NCBI GenBank assembly: GCA_964016885.1 | Contig: OZ024744.1 | Location: forward strand, 114,142,001 to 114,206,000 | Length of the DNA: 64,000 bases | DNA from: Eledone cirrhosa | Lineage: Eukaryota | Direction: 5' to 3' | In this document: in pieces, positions 1 through 12,339 of the stretch | Layout of the letters: every line of letters begins with the position of its first letter | How positions within the stretch are numbered: the stretch's first letter is position 1 | Made by a program: the position numbers and the translations under genes | The notes under the pieces: generated by a model | Told to the model about the DNA's origin: nothing | Seen by the model: the letters and a program-made list of their open reading frames with translations, nothing else | Database searches by the model: none

Positions 1-122
1 ACACCGACAACAACAACAGCAAAAACACAGACCAGCGTCGTGTACACAGGCCGTAGAAGTTGTAGTGACGGTATCACCCTACCGACAATAATAACGATAA
101 CACCACAGCAATGAAAGGAGTT

Positions 123-887
123 CTGAGGTAGGTGGATACACAGAATTGGTGGCGTCTGTCCCCATGACTAAATATTACAATAGAAACTGAGGTAGGTGGA
201 TATACAGAATTGGTGGCGTCTGTCCCCATGACTAAATATTACAATAGAAACTGAGGTAGGTGGATATACAGAATTGGTGGCGTCTGTCCCCATGACTAAA
301 TATTACAATAGAAACTGAGGTAGGTGGATACACAGAATTGGTGGCGTCTGTCCCCATGACTAAATATTACAATAGAAACTGAGGTAGGTGGATACACAGA
401 ATTGGTGGCGTCTGTCCCCATGACTAAATATTACAATAGAAACTGAGGTAGGTGGATACACAGAATTGGTGGCGTCAGTCCCCATGACTAAATATTACAA
501 TAGAAACTGAGGTAGGTGGATATACAGAATTGGTGGCGTCTGTCCCCATGACTAAATATTACAATAGAAACTGAGGTAGGTGGATATACAGAATTGGTGG
601 CGTCTGTCCCCATGACTAAATATTACAATAGAAACTGAGGTAGGTGGATACACAGAATTGGTGGCGTCTGTCCCCATGACTAAATATTACAATAGAAACT
701 GAGGTAGGTGGATACACAGAATTGGTGGCATCTGTCCCCATGACTAAATATTACAATAGAAACTGAGGTAGGTGGATACACAGAATTGGTGGCGTCTGTC
801 CCCATGACTAAATATTACAATAGAAACTGAGGTAGGTGGATATACAGAATTGGTGGCGTCTGTCCCCATGACTAAATATTACAATAG
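123..887. repeat. 64-bp minisatellite, about 12 near-identical copies
   Basis: Unit ctgaggtaggtggata(c/t)acagaattggtggcgtctgtccccatgactaaatattacaatagaaa recurs at 123, 187, 251...; no spacers. Confidence 0.97.
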
Positions 888-1340
888 TAACGGCAACAAA
901 CATTAACACCATCCATCACCTACCTCCGGTCGTTGTAGTAGTGGTGGTATCATTGATATTAGTATCAAGTCAATGGCAGTGAGCACCCATTACCCGGGAG
1001 CTAGACAGTGGTAACACCACAACAATAACAACAACAACACCAGTGATGAGCCTACCACGGTGACGGCAGCAACAAGAAAAGACCGCGCTTCTATCCAAAA
1101 GCACAAGGCCAGCAGTAAATACATTGCAAAAAAAAAAAAAAACTATCCACATTAGTAGTCCGTTGATACAAGGAAGCGAAAAATAGGACAGAAATATAGA
1201 TGGATATTTATGCAAAGTTTTATTTAAATTGTTGGGTTACAACGAGTAAATATTTATAACTGATATAAAAGCACTCAACAAGTATTTGGAGTATATTTAC
1301 GATATTAAATAAATGGAAACTATATTTATAAAACCATATT

Positions 1341-1406
1341 TATTTCATTATATATATTTCAGGGATATCATATTAAAAATATGGTATGCCTTCATCAGAC
1401 AAAATA
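1341..1406 (-). ncRNA. Minimal type I hammerhead ribozyme (mirror of 1557-1622)
   Basis: Reverse-complement arm of the palindrome carries CUGAUGA...GAAA-uauaua-UA. Confidence 0.7.
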
Positions 1407-1556
1407 CAATATAAACAGTCTTATAAATAGATAGATTTGACATACCTTACAACTTCAACTTCCATTTAAAAAGTTGATTATCAAATCAACTTTTTAAATG
1501 GAAGTTGAAGTTGTAAGGTATGTCAAATCTATCTATTTATAAGACTGTTTATATTG

Positions 1557-1622
1557 TATTTTGTCTGATGAAGGCATACCATATTTTTAATATGATATCC
1601 CTGAAATATATATAATGAAATA
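1557..1622 (+). ncRNA. Minimal type I hammerhead ribozyme, PLE type
   Basis: tattttgt-CTGATGA-hairpin-GAAA-tatata-TA-atgaaata; stem I pairs, stem III is a short palindrome. Confidence 0.7.
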
Positions 1623-1851
1623 AATATGGTTTTATAAATATAGTTTCCATTTATTTAATATCGATGGATATTATTATATATAAATAAATACATGCACAGT
1701 TAATACGATCCTCTCTATCACTCTAAGCAATGATTACAGTGCAGAAAATCAACTAACCACAATAGCATTCAGTTGTAACTACAGTGGCTACTATTAAAAG
1801 GGCTGTTAGACTATGGAAGAGAGTTACGGGAAGCGAAAGTAGGGACAGAAA

Positions 1852-2202
1852 CATCATCATCATCATCATCATCATTTTACGTCCGCTTTTTCCCTGCTTG
1901 CAAGGGTGGGACGGGAACTGATTCTGGCTTGATTTCTACAGCTGGATGCCCTTCCTAACACCAACCTCATTTACAGTGAGTGCTGGGTGCTTTTTTTTTT
2001 CCGTGGCACCTACACGTCCACTTTGCAGTGGAATGATATGGACCCCAGTCCCTATCATCTCATTTCTACAGCTGAGTAAACTGGAGCAATGTGAAATAAA
2101 GTGTCTTGCTCAAGGAAACAACACATCACCCGGTCTGAGAATTGAACTCACAACCTTTCGATTGCAAGGCCAATGCTCTAACCACTAAGCCATGTACCTC
2201 CA
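1852..2202 (-). mobile_element. tRNA-head SINE with RTE-derived 3' tail (family A)
   Basis: Near-identical to 55492-55846; A box TGGCTTAGTGG, B box GAGTTCAATTC, (TGA)n tail. Confidence 0.9.
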
Positions 2203-2389
2203 TCAAAACATACAGATAAGAATTCAAGAACACATACATAATAATAAAAGAACGGGACAAAAATACATAAAAAACAACAGTAGGTATACAAACAGAGAAT
2301 AAAGAACAAGGGAAATGAAACATGTACACACAGAGACTCCATCTCGATTGCATGGAGAACCGTGGAAATAATTATAATGATTATTTTGT

Positions 2390-2420
<31 letters not shown>

Positions 2421-2782
2421 AATGAAGTAATTCCGTCGGAAAAGTCCAGGAAAAAAGAGTGCTCTATGTAGGTAACAGAGCTTAGTAGTTATGTAATAAA
2501 CAACATAAGGCAATTATTCCATTTACCAGTGGTTTCTTAAAAGCAAAAGGTTTTGCTTTCAATCCTCAGAATGAAAAAATCCTGGTCTGTTTATTGAATT
2601 TCGATTTTAAAAACAAAAATGCAATCTATATGAAAGTGAGGCTGGAGAAGGAAGAAGGAAAGGAAAACACATATATATATATATGTGTGTGTGTGTGAGT
2701 GTGTGTGTGTGTGTGTGTGACAGCTCACACCTATGCAGGTTTAGCTGGCCTCCTCCAAGGTATATCTCGTTGGGTGATTTAA

Positions 2783-2950
2783 ATGATAGGGACCCCAGTC
2801 CTATCATCTCATTTCTACAGCTGAGTAAACTGGAGCAATGTGAAATAAAGTGTCTTGCTCAAGGAAACAACACATCACCCGGTCTGAGAATTGAATTCAC
2901 AACCTTTCAATTGCAAGCCCAATGCTCTAACCACTAAGCCATGCGCCTTC
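2783..2950 (-). mobile_element. SINE family A head and core with a different or missing tail
   Basis: Matches 2033-2202; sequence diverges beyond the atgatagggac/gtccctatcat hairpin. Confidence 0.85.
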
Positions 2951-3189
2951 GTTATATATATGTATATATATAGGGTAAAGACCCCTTAAGTCACAAATGA
3001 CCATATGATTCACACCTCGAAAGTACCCTGCCTAGGTACATGACCAGGCAAGGTACTTTGTGGAAGACTACTACTATTTATATATATATATATATAAATA
3101 GTAGTATTTCAAAGTGAAACCTACTACAGTCAGTAGGCATCTCTAACAAAATACACCCCCGTCCCACTACCCCCACCCCATCCACACCA

Positions 3190-3477
3190 CCCCTCTCAAT
3201 GTAAAGTTGTGTTGGTGTCACAACATCCAGCCCGAAACAAATGAGGTCGTGTAGGTGTCACGACAAAAAAAACACACAGTCCACGCTGTAATGTGGCCGT
3301 GTAGGCAACACGGTAAAAACCTCCCAGTCCCACACTGTAAACGTGGTTGGTGTTAGGAAGGGCATCCAACTGTAGAAAACCCGCCAGACAGTCCTATGCG
3401 AGCAAGACAACCAATCTTGCCTCAAGTGGGATAACTCCCGTCCAAACTCATGCGACCATGGAATATGGACGTTAAAC

Positions 3478-3510
<33 letters not shown>
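3190..3510 (+). mobile_element. RTE 3'-tail fragment with about 3 diverged tandem ~48-bp modules
   Basis: ggttggtgttaggaagggcatcc motif, (GAT)n tail, repeated gtaaagtggtcgtgtaggtgtcac-like units. Confidence 0.75.
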
Positions 3511-3650
3511 ATTTATGTATATATATTTTTTTACCACTGTATCATGTGTTAATTCCTTCCTCCAACTCTAGAGAGTTTCTCACTTGCTGCGAACATGTAA
3601 AAAAAACAGTCCTTTTTTTCTGAGGGGTCTCTTGATAAGTTGTATCAGCC

Positions 3651-3717
3651 TCACAGTGTTGATGCATTTTTATAGTGCAGAAATATTGCACATGGATCAG
3701 CAAAATGGCAGTTGGGA
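3651..3717 (-). CDS. Probable terminal coding exon of the guanylyl cyclase
   Basis: ttttttcttcaaag acceptor; phase 2 continues from 4082-4129; (N)PNCHFADPCAIFLHYKNASTL*; no homology support. Confidence 0.4.
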
Positions 3718-4081
3718 CTTTGAAGAAAAAATAGGTACATTTTTGTTTATTATTTCCCCATATTTTGTATATATATTTATATATGAAAATATTCAGGACT
3801 CCGACGGCTAAGTTCTGGCCGTTTCGACAACTAGATCCAAACATATACTCCCACATACACATATATAATGTGTATGTATGTATTTGTGTGTGTATGTATG
3901 TATTTGTGTGTGTATGTATGTATTTGTGTGTGTATGTATGTATTTGTGTGTGTGTATATTTTGTTTAGATGCAGAATTGTTTAAATGTTAACATACAATA
4001 TGATAAAATATTTACTCAGCAAAACAACAACAATGGCAACAACAATATAACTAGGAATAATAAAATAAAACAAAAACTTAC

Positions 4082-4129
4082 TTGTGTTGTAAACAGTTCA
4101 AACTATATAAAGTTGATTCTGTATCTTTA
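4082..4129 (-). CDS. Probable 48-bp C-terminal exon of the guanylyl cyclase
   Basis: ctccatttcag acceptor, gtaagt donor, phase 2-2, open in frame with exon 31378-31454: (F)KDTESTLYSLNCLQH. Confidence 0.5.
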
Positions 4130-4344
4130 CTGAAATGGAGATAAAATGGTGAGGAATGGTGAGATTAAAGTGTCAAATAGGAAAGCTAACAACATACTTT
4201 AGCTTTAAAATATTTTGTTTTAGTTTCATTTAATAAAATGTCAACTGTCTAACACACAACTGGGCAGTGATTTCATTTTTTAAAAAGTTCATTTAATTAA
4301 TTAATTCTTTCATGATTGTGTTTCTGATAAATTGCTGAAAGTCT

Positions 4345-4740
4345 AAAGTCTGTTTTGAGCCTGGTGGCTCATTAGGCTGGTGCATATTCTAGTCTCTGTG
4401 GTATGAAGTGACTGAGAGTACAAGACTTCCCCCTGGACAGGACCCCAGTCCATCACAGGATTAAAGTCTGTCTTGAGCCCTGATATTCATCAGTTCAGTG
4501 CTTATCTCTGATTTCCATTGCTTAACTGTGAGTACCAGACACCCCCTGGACAGGGTACCAGTCCATCGCAAGGTTAAATCCCCAGCTATTGCTGGTACTC
4601 ATTTTCAGCTGAGTATGCTGGAGCAATGTGAAATGAAGTGTTTTGCTCAAGAACATGACACATGAACTCAGCCCAGGAATCAAACCCACAATATTGTGAT
4701 CATAAGTCCAATACCCTAACCACTAGGCTACATGCCTCCA
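4345..4740 (-). mobile_element. Older tRNA-head SINE with internally duplicated tail
   Basis: Head tggaggcatgtagcctagtggttaggg and core resemble family A; cccctggacagg..ccagtccatc occurs twice. Confidence 0.7.
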
Positions 4741-5040
4741 TGAATTACACAGTATTTTAATTAATTAATGGAGAAGTTTGATGGATTTAATAATGATTGT
4801 TTCATAATCAAGAAATGCGGTTCTTATATAAAATTATGCTTTTAAAATGGTTGGTTTTGTTTGATAGAATCAGAGCTGGTTCCAACCAGGCTGGTGTCAG
4901 AAACCACTCATAGTTCCTCAACAAAAATCTGTTTTAAAGTATAATGTGGAAAGTGATATATGTAAGAAGGTTAAAACAATGCAAACTGGATGGTAAGATG
5001 AAGGCAACGAAAAAGTTAGTTACCTGTTTTAAAGTGTTTA

Positions 5041-5728
5041 TCTGTATATCTAAAACAGAGAATGTCTGTCTGTCTGTCTAAAATTCGAGAACCACCCGAT
5101 TTTTTTCAAACTTTACACATGTAATACTTATGGTCGTGTGAGTGTTTTGAGCAAAAAATATTTCAAATTTTCAATGCCCTAGGGACCGTATTAGGCGCCG
5201 TTTAGTGATCTCTCTATCTTTCTTAGTCTGTTTTTTTAAATAGATACATAGATATAATGTCGCACCCTTATAATATCTGTCTGTATGTCTGGCTGTCTAC
5301 ATTACGACATTATGACGCTATATGTGTGTGTGTGTGTGTATATATAGTGTGTATATATGTATATATATATAGTGTGTAACGTTTTTCGAAATATTTACTT
5401 CTGCGTTCACAGATTGATTTTTTTAGTTACAGAAGACGCCGTTAAGGGTGAAAGCAGCGATTCTTAGCATACATTTTAATCTGTTATTTTAATATATATA
5501 TATATATAATTATATATTCATGTACACATATTTTTGCATACACAATAACAAAATATAAATAAACGTATTTATTTCATGAGGCTCGACAGCAGCAAAAACA
5601 AAAGAGAGAGGGAACAATCGTTTGAAAAATCTTAATGGAAAATTATACAACGAAACTGTTTCAGAAAGGAGGGATAAACATGATAATCTATGTTTAGAAT
5701 CCTGAGCAACTCCGGGCCATTCTGCTAG
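5041..5728 (+). mobile_element. Non-autonomous Helitron
   Basis: A|TC start, subterminal (TGTC)n, 3' hairpin cctgagcaactccggg then CTAG|T; no TSD. Confidence 0.75.
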
Positions 5729-5792
5729 TATTTAACTAAAACATTGCATGATAATTTCATTTGAGATTGATTTTTGAATTATGTTCCAATAA

Positions 5793-8700
5793 TCATTAAA
5801 GAACACCTCAATACACACACATCCCCTTTAAAGAACCCCTCAACACACACATCCCCATTAAAGAACAACTCAACACACACATCCCCATTAAAGAACACCT
5901 CAACACATACATCCCCATTAAAGAACCCCTCAACACACACATCCCCATTAAAGAACACCTCAACACACACATCCCCATTAAAGAACACCTCAATACACAC
6001 ACATCCCCTTTAAAGAACACATCAACACACACACATCCCCATTAAAGAACACCCCAACACACACATATCCCCATTAAAGAACCCCTCAACACACACATCC
6101 CCATTAAAGAACACCTCAACACACACATCCCCATTAAACAGCACCTCAACACACACATCCCCATTAAAGAACACCTAAACACACACACATCCCCATTAAA
6201 GTACACCTTAACACACACACATCCCCATTAAACAACACCTCAACACACACATCCCCATTAAAGAACACATCAATACACACACATCCCCATTAAAGAACAC
6301 ATCAACACACACACATCCCCATTAAAGAACACCCCAACACACACATATCCCCATTAAAGAACTCCTCAACACACACATCCCCATTAAAGAACACCTCAAC
6401 ACACACATCCCCATTAAAGTACACCTTAACACACACACATCCCCATAAACAGCACCTCAACACACACATCCCCATTAAAGAACACCTCAACACACACATC
6501 CCCATTAAAGAACACCTCAACACACACCCATCCCCATTAAAGAACACCTCAACACATACATCCCCATTAAAGAACACCTCAACACACACATCCCCATTAA
6601 AGTACACCTTAACACACACACATCCCCATAAACAGCACCTCAACACACACATCCCCATTAAAGAACACCTCAACACACACATCCCCATTAAAGTACACCT
6701 TAACACACACACATCCCCATAAACAGCACCTCAACACACACATCCCCATTAAAGAACACCTCAACACACACATCCCCATTAAAGAACACCTCAACACACA
6801 CATCCCCATTAAAGAACACCTCAACACACACATCCCCATTAAAGAACACCTCAACACATACATCCCCATTAAAGAACACCTCAACACACATACATTCCCA
6901 TTAAAGAACACCTCAACACACACCCATCCCCATTAAAGAACACCTCAACACACACACATCCCCATTAAAGAACACCTCAACACACACATCCCCATTAAAG
7001 AACCCCTCAACACATACATCCCCATTAAAGAACCCCTCAACACATACATCCCCATTAAAGAACACCTCAACACACATACATTCCCATTAAAGAACACCTC
7101 AACACACACCCATCCCCATTAAAGAACACCTCAACACACACACATCCCCATTAAAGAACACCTCAACACACACATCCCCATTAAAGAACCCCTCAACACA
7201 TACATCCCCATTAAAGAACCCCTCAACACATACATCCCCATTAAAGAACACCTCAACACACATACATTCCCATTAAAGAACACCTCAACACACACATCCC
7301 CATTAAAGAACACCTCAACACACACATCCCCATTAAAGAACCCCTCAACACATACATCCCCATTAAAGAACACCTTAACACACACACATCCCATTAAAGA
7401 ACCCCTCAACACATACATCCCCATTAAAGAACCCCTCAACACACACATCCCCATTAAAGAACCCCTCAACACACACATCCCCATTAAAGAACCCCTCAAC
7501 ACATACATCCCCATTAAAGAACACCTCAACACACACCCATCCCCATTAAAGAACACCTCAACACACACACATCCCCATTAAAGAACCCCTCAACACACAC
7601 ATCCCCATTAAAGAACACCTCAACACACACACATCCCCATTAAAGAACACCTCAACACACACATCCCCATTAAAGAACCCCTCAACACACACATCCCCAT
7701 TAAAGAACCCCTCAACACACACATCCCCATTAAAGAACACCTCAACACACACACATCCCCATTAAAGAACCCCTCAACACACACATCCCCATTAAAGAAC
7801 ACCTCAACACACACACATCCCCATTAAAGAACACCTCAACACACACATCCCCATTAAAGAACCCCTCAACACACACATCCCCATTAAAGAACACCTCAAC
7901 ACACACATCCCCATTAAAGAACACCTCAACACATACATCCCCATTAAAGAACCCCTGAACACATACATCCCATTAAAGAACACCTCAACACACACATCCC
8001 CATTAAAGAACACCTCAACACATACATCCCCATTAAAGAACCCCTCAACACATACATCCCCATAAACAGCACCTCAACACACACATCCCCATTAAAGAAC
8101 ACCTTAACACACACATCCCCATTAAAGAACACCTCAACACATACATCCCCATTAAAGAACCCCTCAACACATACATCCCCATAAACAGCACCTCAACACA
8201 CACATCCCCATTAAAGAACACCTCAACACACACACATCCCCATTAAAGAACACCTCAACACACACATCCCCATTAAAGAACACCTCAACACACACACATC
8301 CCCATTAAAGAACCCCTCAACACACACATCCCCATTAAAGAACACCTCAACACACACACATCCCCATTAAAGAACACCTCAACACACCCATCCCCATTAA
8401 AGAACACCTTAACACACACATCCCCATTAAAGAACCCCTCAACACATACATCCCCATTAAAGAACACCTCAACACACACATCCCCATTAAAGAACACCTC
8501 AACACACACATCCCCATTAAAGAACACCTCAACACACACACATCCCCATTAAAGAACACCTCAACACACACATCCCCATTAAAGAACCCCTCAACACATA
8601 CATCCCCATTAAAGAACACCTCAACACACACATCCCCATTAAAGAACACCTCAACACACACATCCCCATTAAAGAACCCCTCAACACACACATCCCCATT

Positions 8701-11553
8701 AAAGAACCCCTCAACACACACATCCCCATTAAAGAACACCTCAACACACACATCCCCATTAAACAGCACCTCAACACACACATCCCCATTAAAGAACACC
8801 TCAACACACACCCATCCCCATTAAAGAACACCTCAACACACACATCCCCATTAAAGAACACCTCAACACACACACATCCCATTAAAGAACACCTCAACAC
8901 ACACATCCCCATTAAAGAACACCTCAACACACACATCCCCATTAAAGAACACCTCAACACACACATCCCTATTAAACAGCACCTCAACACACACATCCCC
9001 ATTAAAGAACACCTCAACACACACACATCCCCATTAAAGTACACCTCAACACACACATCCCCATTAAAGAACCCCTCAACACACACATCCCCATTAAAGA
9101 ACACCTCAACACACACATCCCCATTAAAGAACACCTCAACACACACATCCCCATTAAAGAACACCTCAACACACACACATCCCATTAAAGAACACCTCAA
9201 CACACACATCCCCATTAAAGAACACCTCAACACACACACATCCCCATTAAAGAACCCCTCAACACACACACATCCCCATTAAAGAACCCCTCAACACATA
9301 CATCCCCATTAAAGAACCCCTCAACACACACATCCCCATTAAAGAACACCTCAACACACACACATCCCATTAAAGAACACCTCAACACACACATCCCCAT
9401 TAAAGAACCCCTCAACACACACATCCCCATTAAAGAACACCTCAACACACACACATCCCATTAAAGAACACCTCAACACATACATCCCCATTAAAGAACA
9501 CCTCAATACACACACATCCCCATTAAAGAACACATCAACACACACACATCCCCATTAAAGAACACCTCAACACACACCCATCCCCATTAAAGAACCCCTC
9601 AACACACACATCCCATTAAAGAACACCTCAACACACACATCCCCATTAAAGAACACCTTAACACACACATCCCCATTAAAGAACACCCCAACACACACAT
9701 CCCCATTAAAGAACACCTCAACACACACATCCCCATTAAAGAACACCTTAACACACACATCCCCATTAAAGAACACCTCAACACACACCCATCCCCATTA
9801 AAGAACCCCTCAACACACACATCCCCATTAAAGAACACCTCAACACACACATCCCCATTAAAGAACACCTTAACACACACACATCCCCATTAAAGAACAC
9901 CTCAACACACACCCATCCCCATTAAAGAACACATCAACACACACACATCCCCATTAAAGAACACCTCAACACACACATCCCCATTAAAGAACACCTCAAC
10001 ACACACATCCCCATTAAAGAACACCTCAACACACACATCCCCATTAAAGTACACCTTAACACACACACATCCCCATTAAAGAACACCTCAACACATACAT
10101 CCCCATTAAAGAACACCTCAACACACACATCCCCATTAAAGTACACCTTAACACACACACATCCCCATTAAAGAACACCTCAACACACACATCCCCATTA
10201 AAGAACCCCTCAACACACACATCCCCATTAAAGAACACCTCAACACACACATCCCCATTAAAGAACACATCAATACACACACATCCCCATTAAAGAACAC
10301 ATCAACACACACACATCCCCATGAAAGAACCCCTCAACACACACATCCCCATTAAAGAACACCTCAACACACACATCCCCATTAAAGAACCCCTCAACAC
10401 ACACATCCCCATTAAAGAACCCCTCAACACACACATCCCCATTAAAGAACACCTCAACACACCCATCCCCATTAAAGAACACATCAATACACACACATCC
10501 CCATTAAAGAACACATCAACACACACACATCCCCATTAAAGAACCCCTCAACACACACATCCCCATTAAAGAACACCTCAACACACACATCCCCATTAAA
10601 GAACACATCAACACACACATCCCCATTAAAGAACCCCTCAACACACACATCCCCATTAAAGAACACCTCAACACACACACATCCCCATTAAAGTACACCT
10701 CAACACACACATCCTCATTAAAGAACCCCTCAACACACACATCCCCATTAAAGAACCCCTCAACACACACCCATCCCCATTAAAGAACACCTCAACACAC
10801 ACATCCCCATTAAAGAACACCCCAACACACATACATCCCCATTAAAGAACACCTCAACACACACACATCCTCATTAAAGAACACCTCAACACACACACAC
10901 ATCCCCATTAAAGAACACCTCAACACACACATCCCCATTAAAGAACACCTCAACACACACACATCCCATTAAAGAACACCTCAACACACACATATCCCCA
11001 TTAAAGAACACCTCAACACACACATCCCCATTAAAGAACACCTCAACACACACATCCCCATTAAAGAACACCTCAACACACACACATCCCCATTAAAGAA
11101 CACCCCAACACACACACATCCCCATTAAAGAACACCTCAACACACACACATCCCCATTAAAGAACACCCCAACACACACACATCCCCATTAAAGAACACC
11201 TCAACACATAGATCCCCATTAAAGAACACCTCAACACACACTTCCCCATTAAATAACCCCTCAACACACACATCCCCATTAAAGAACCCCTCGACACATA
11301 CATCCCCATTAAAGAACCCCTCAACACATACATCCCCATTAAAGAACCCCTCAACACATACATCCCCATTAAAGAACCCCTCAACACACACATCCCCATT
11401 AAAGAACCCCTCAACACACACATCCCCATTAAAGAACACATCAACACACACCCATCCCCATTAAAGAACCCCTCAACACATACATCCCCATTAAAGAACC
11501 CCTCAACACATATATCCCCATTAAAGAACCCCTCACACACACACATCCCCATT
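5793..11553. repeat. 30/32-bp satellite, about 5.8 kb
   Basis: Unit atccccattaaagaac(a/c)cctcaa(ca)n. Confidence 0.97.
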
Positions 11554-11690
11554 CAAAACGCAAATGCAGAAACACCAACAAAAATATGAGTCAATATTGA
11601 AGCGAGAGAGAGAAATGTGGGCAATAAAGGAAGCTTTACTTATATGTAGACTCAACCCACAAATTAATAACAGAATGAAACTCAGCACAC
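11545..11690 (+). pseudogene. Degenerate PLE GIY-YIG endonuclease C-terminal fragment
   Basis: Translates, with a stop and a frameshift, as ..NIEARERNV..IKEALLICRLNPQINNRMKLS, resembling the EALxI-xxxxP-xIN motif of GIY-YIG domains. Confidence 0.55.
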
Positions 11691-12224
11691 AATACTTGAC
11701 ATAAAAGGTCGCCCCCCCCCCCCCCCCCAACAAACACACACGAAACCTAAACACAAGAATTTACACAAGAAATCTGATTCCACGACATATTACAGCAATT
11801 GATGTCACCCTCCAACTTCTCATGAATACTACAGCAAACATCAAACAATGCTTGGAAGTGGTTTATAAATTTTAGATTTAAATCTAATTTCAAAGTGAAT
11901 AGAGCAGAATATCTTCTTTTTCTGGAAGTTCCCTATACTCTGACAAAGGGATTTTAAGTACCAAAATATTAGGACAAAAAAAACAATAACAAATAAACAA
12001 AGATTATCAGGTAACTAACTTTTTCATTGTTTTAGCCTTCTTACATATATCCCTTTCCAAATTATATATATATATATATGCCTCAACCTCATTTGCATAT
12101 TCATCTTAATAATTAGAAATATTTGTTTTTTTCTCTCTTCGCCTTTTCCTTTCACTATCTAGGTAAAACTTGAACCGTTAAGGTCTCATTCGTGGATATG
12201 TCAATATTTATAAAACAAGCTCTG

Positions 12225-12285
12225 TATTTAATCTGATGAGGGCGTACCAAAGTTTTGGTACCCTTGAAATATATATAATAGAATA
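12225..12285 (+). ncRNA. Minimal hammerhead ribozyme in a solo PLE pLTR (about 12170-12325)
   Basis: CTGATGA-gggcgtaccaaagttttggtaccctt-GAAA-tatata-TA; flanks match the 1484-1663 arm. Confidence 0.7.
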
Positions 12286-12339
12286 AATATGGTTTTATAA
12301 ATATAGATTCCATTTGTTAATATCATTGATATATATATA

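Larger units (their letters stand above)
1209..1663. mobile_element. PLE pLTR-derived fold-back element with a perfect 180-bp palindrome
   Basis: Arms 1300-1479 and 1484-1663 are reverse complements around an ATCA spacer; homologous to the end of the PLE at 15506-15660; ATGGATATT at 1200-1208 and 1664-1672 is a candidate TSD. Confidence 0.8.

Noticed and set aside
123-887. CRISPR-like regular repeats
   Set aside because: Head-to-tail identical units with no unique spacers, eukaryotic context, no cas genes; the same holds for the other arrays
5024-5049. 26-nt micro-exon candidate on the minus strand
   Set aside because: Its acceptor lies in the Helitron end and it would shift the frame of the next exon
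5774-11552. Cys/Val/Met-rich ORFs
   Set aside because: Translations of the 30/32-bp satellite
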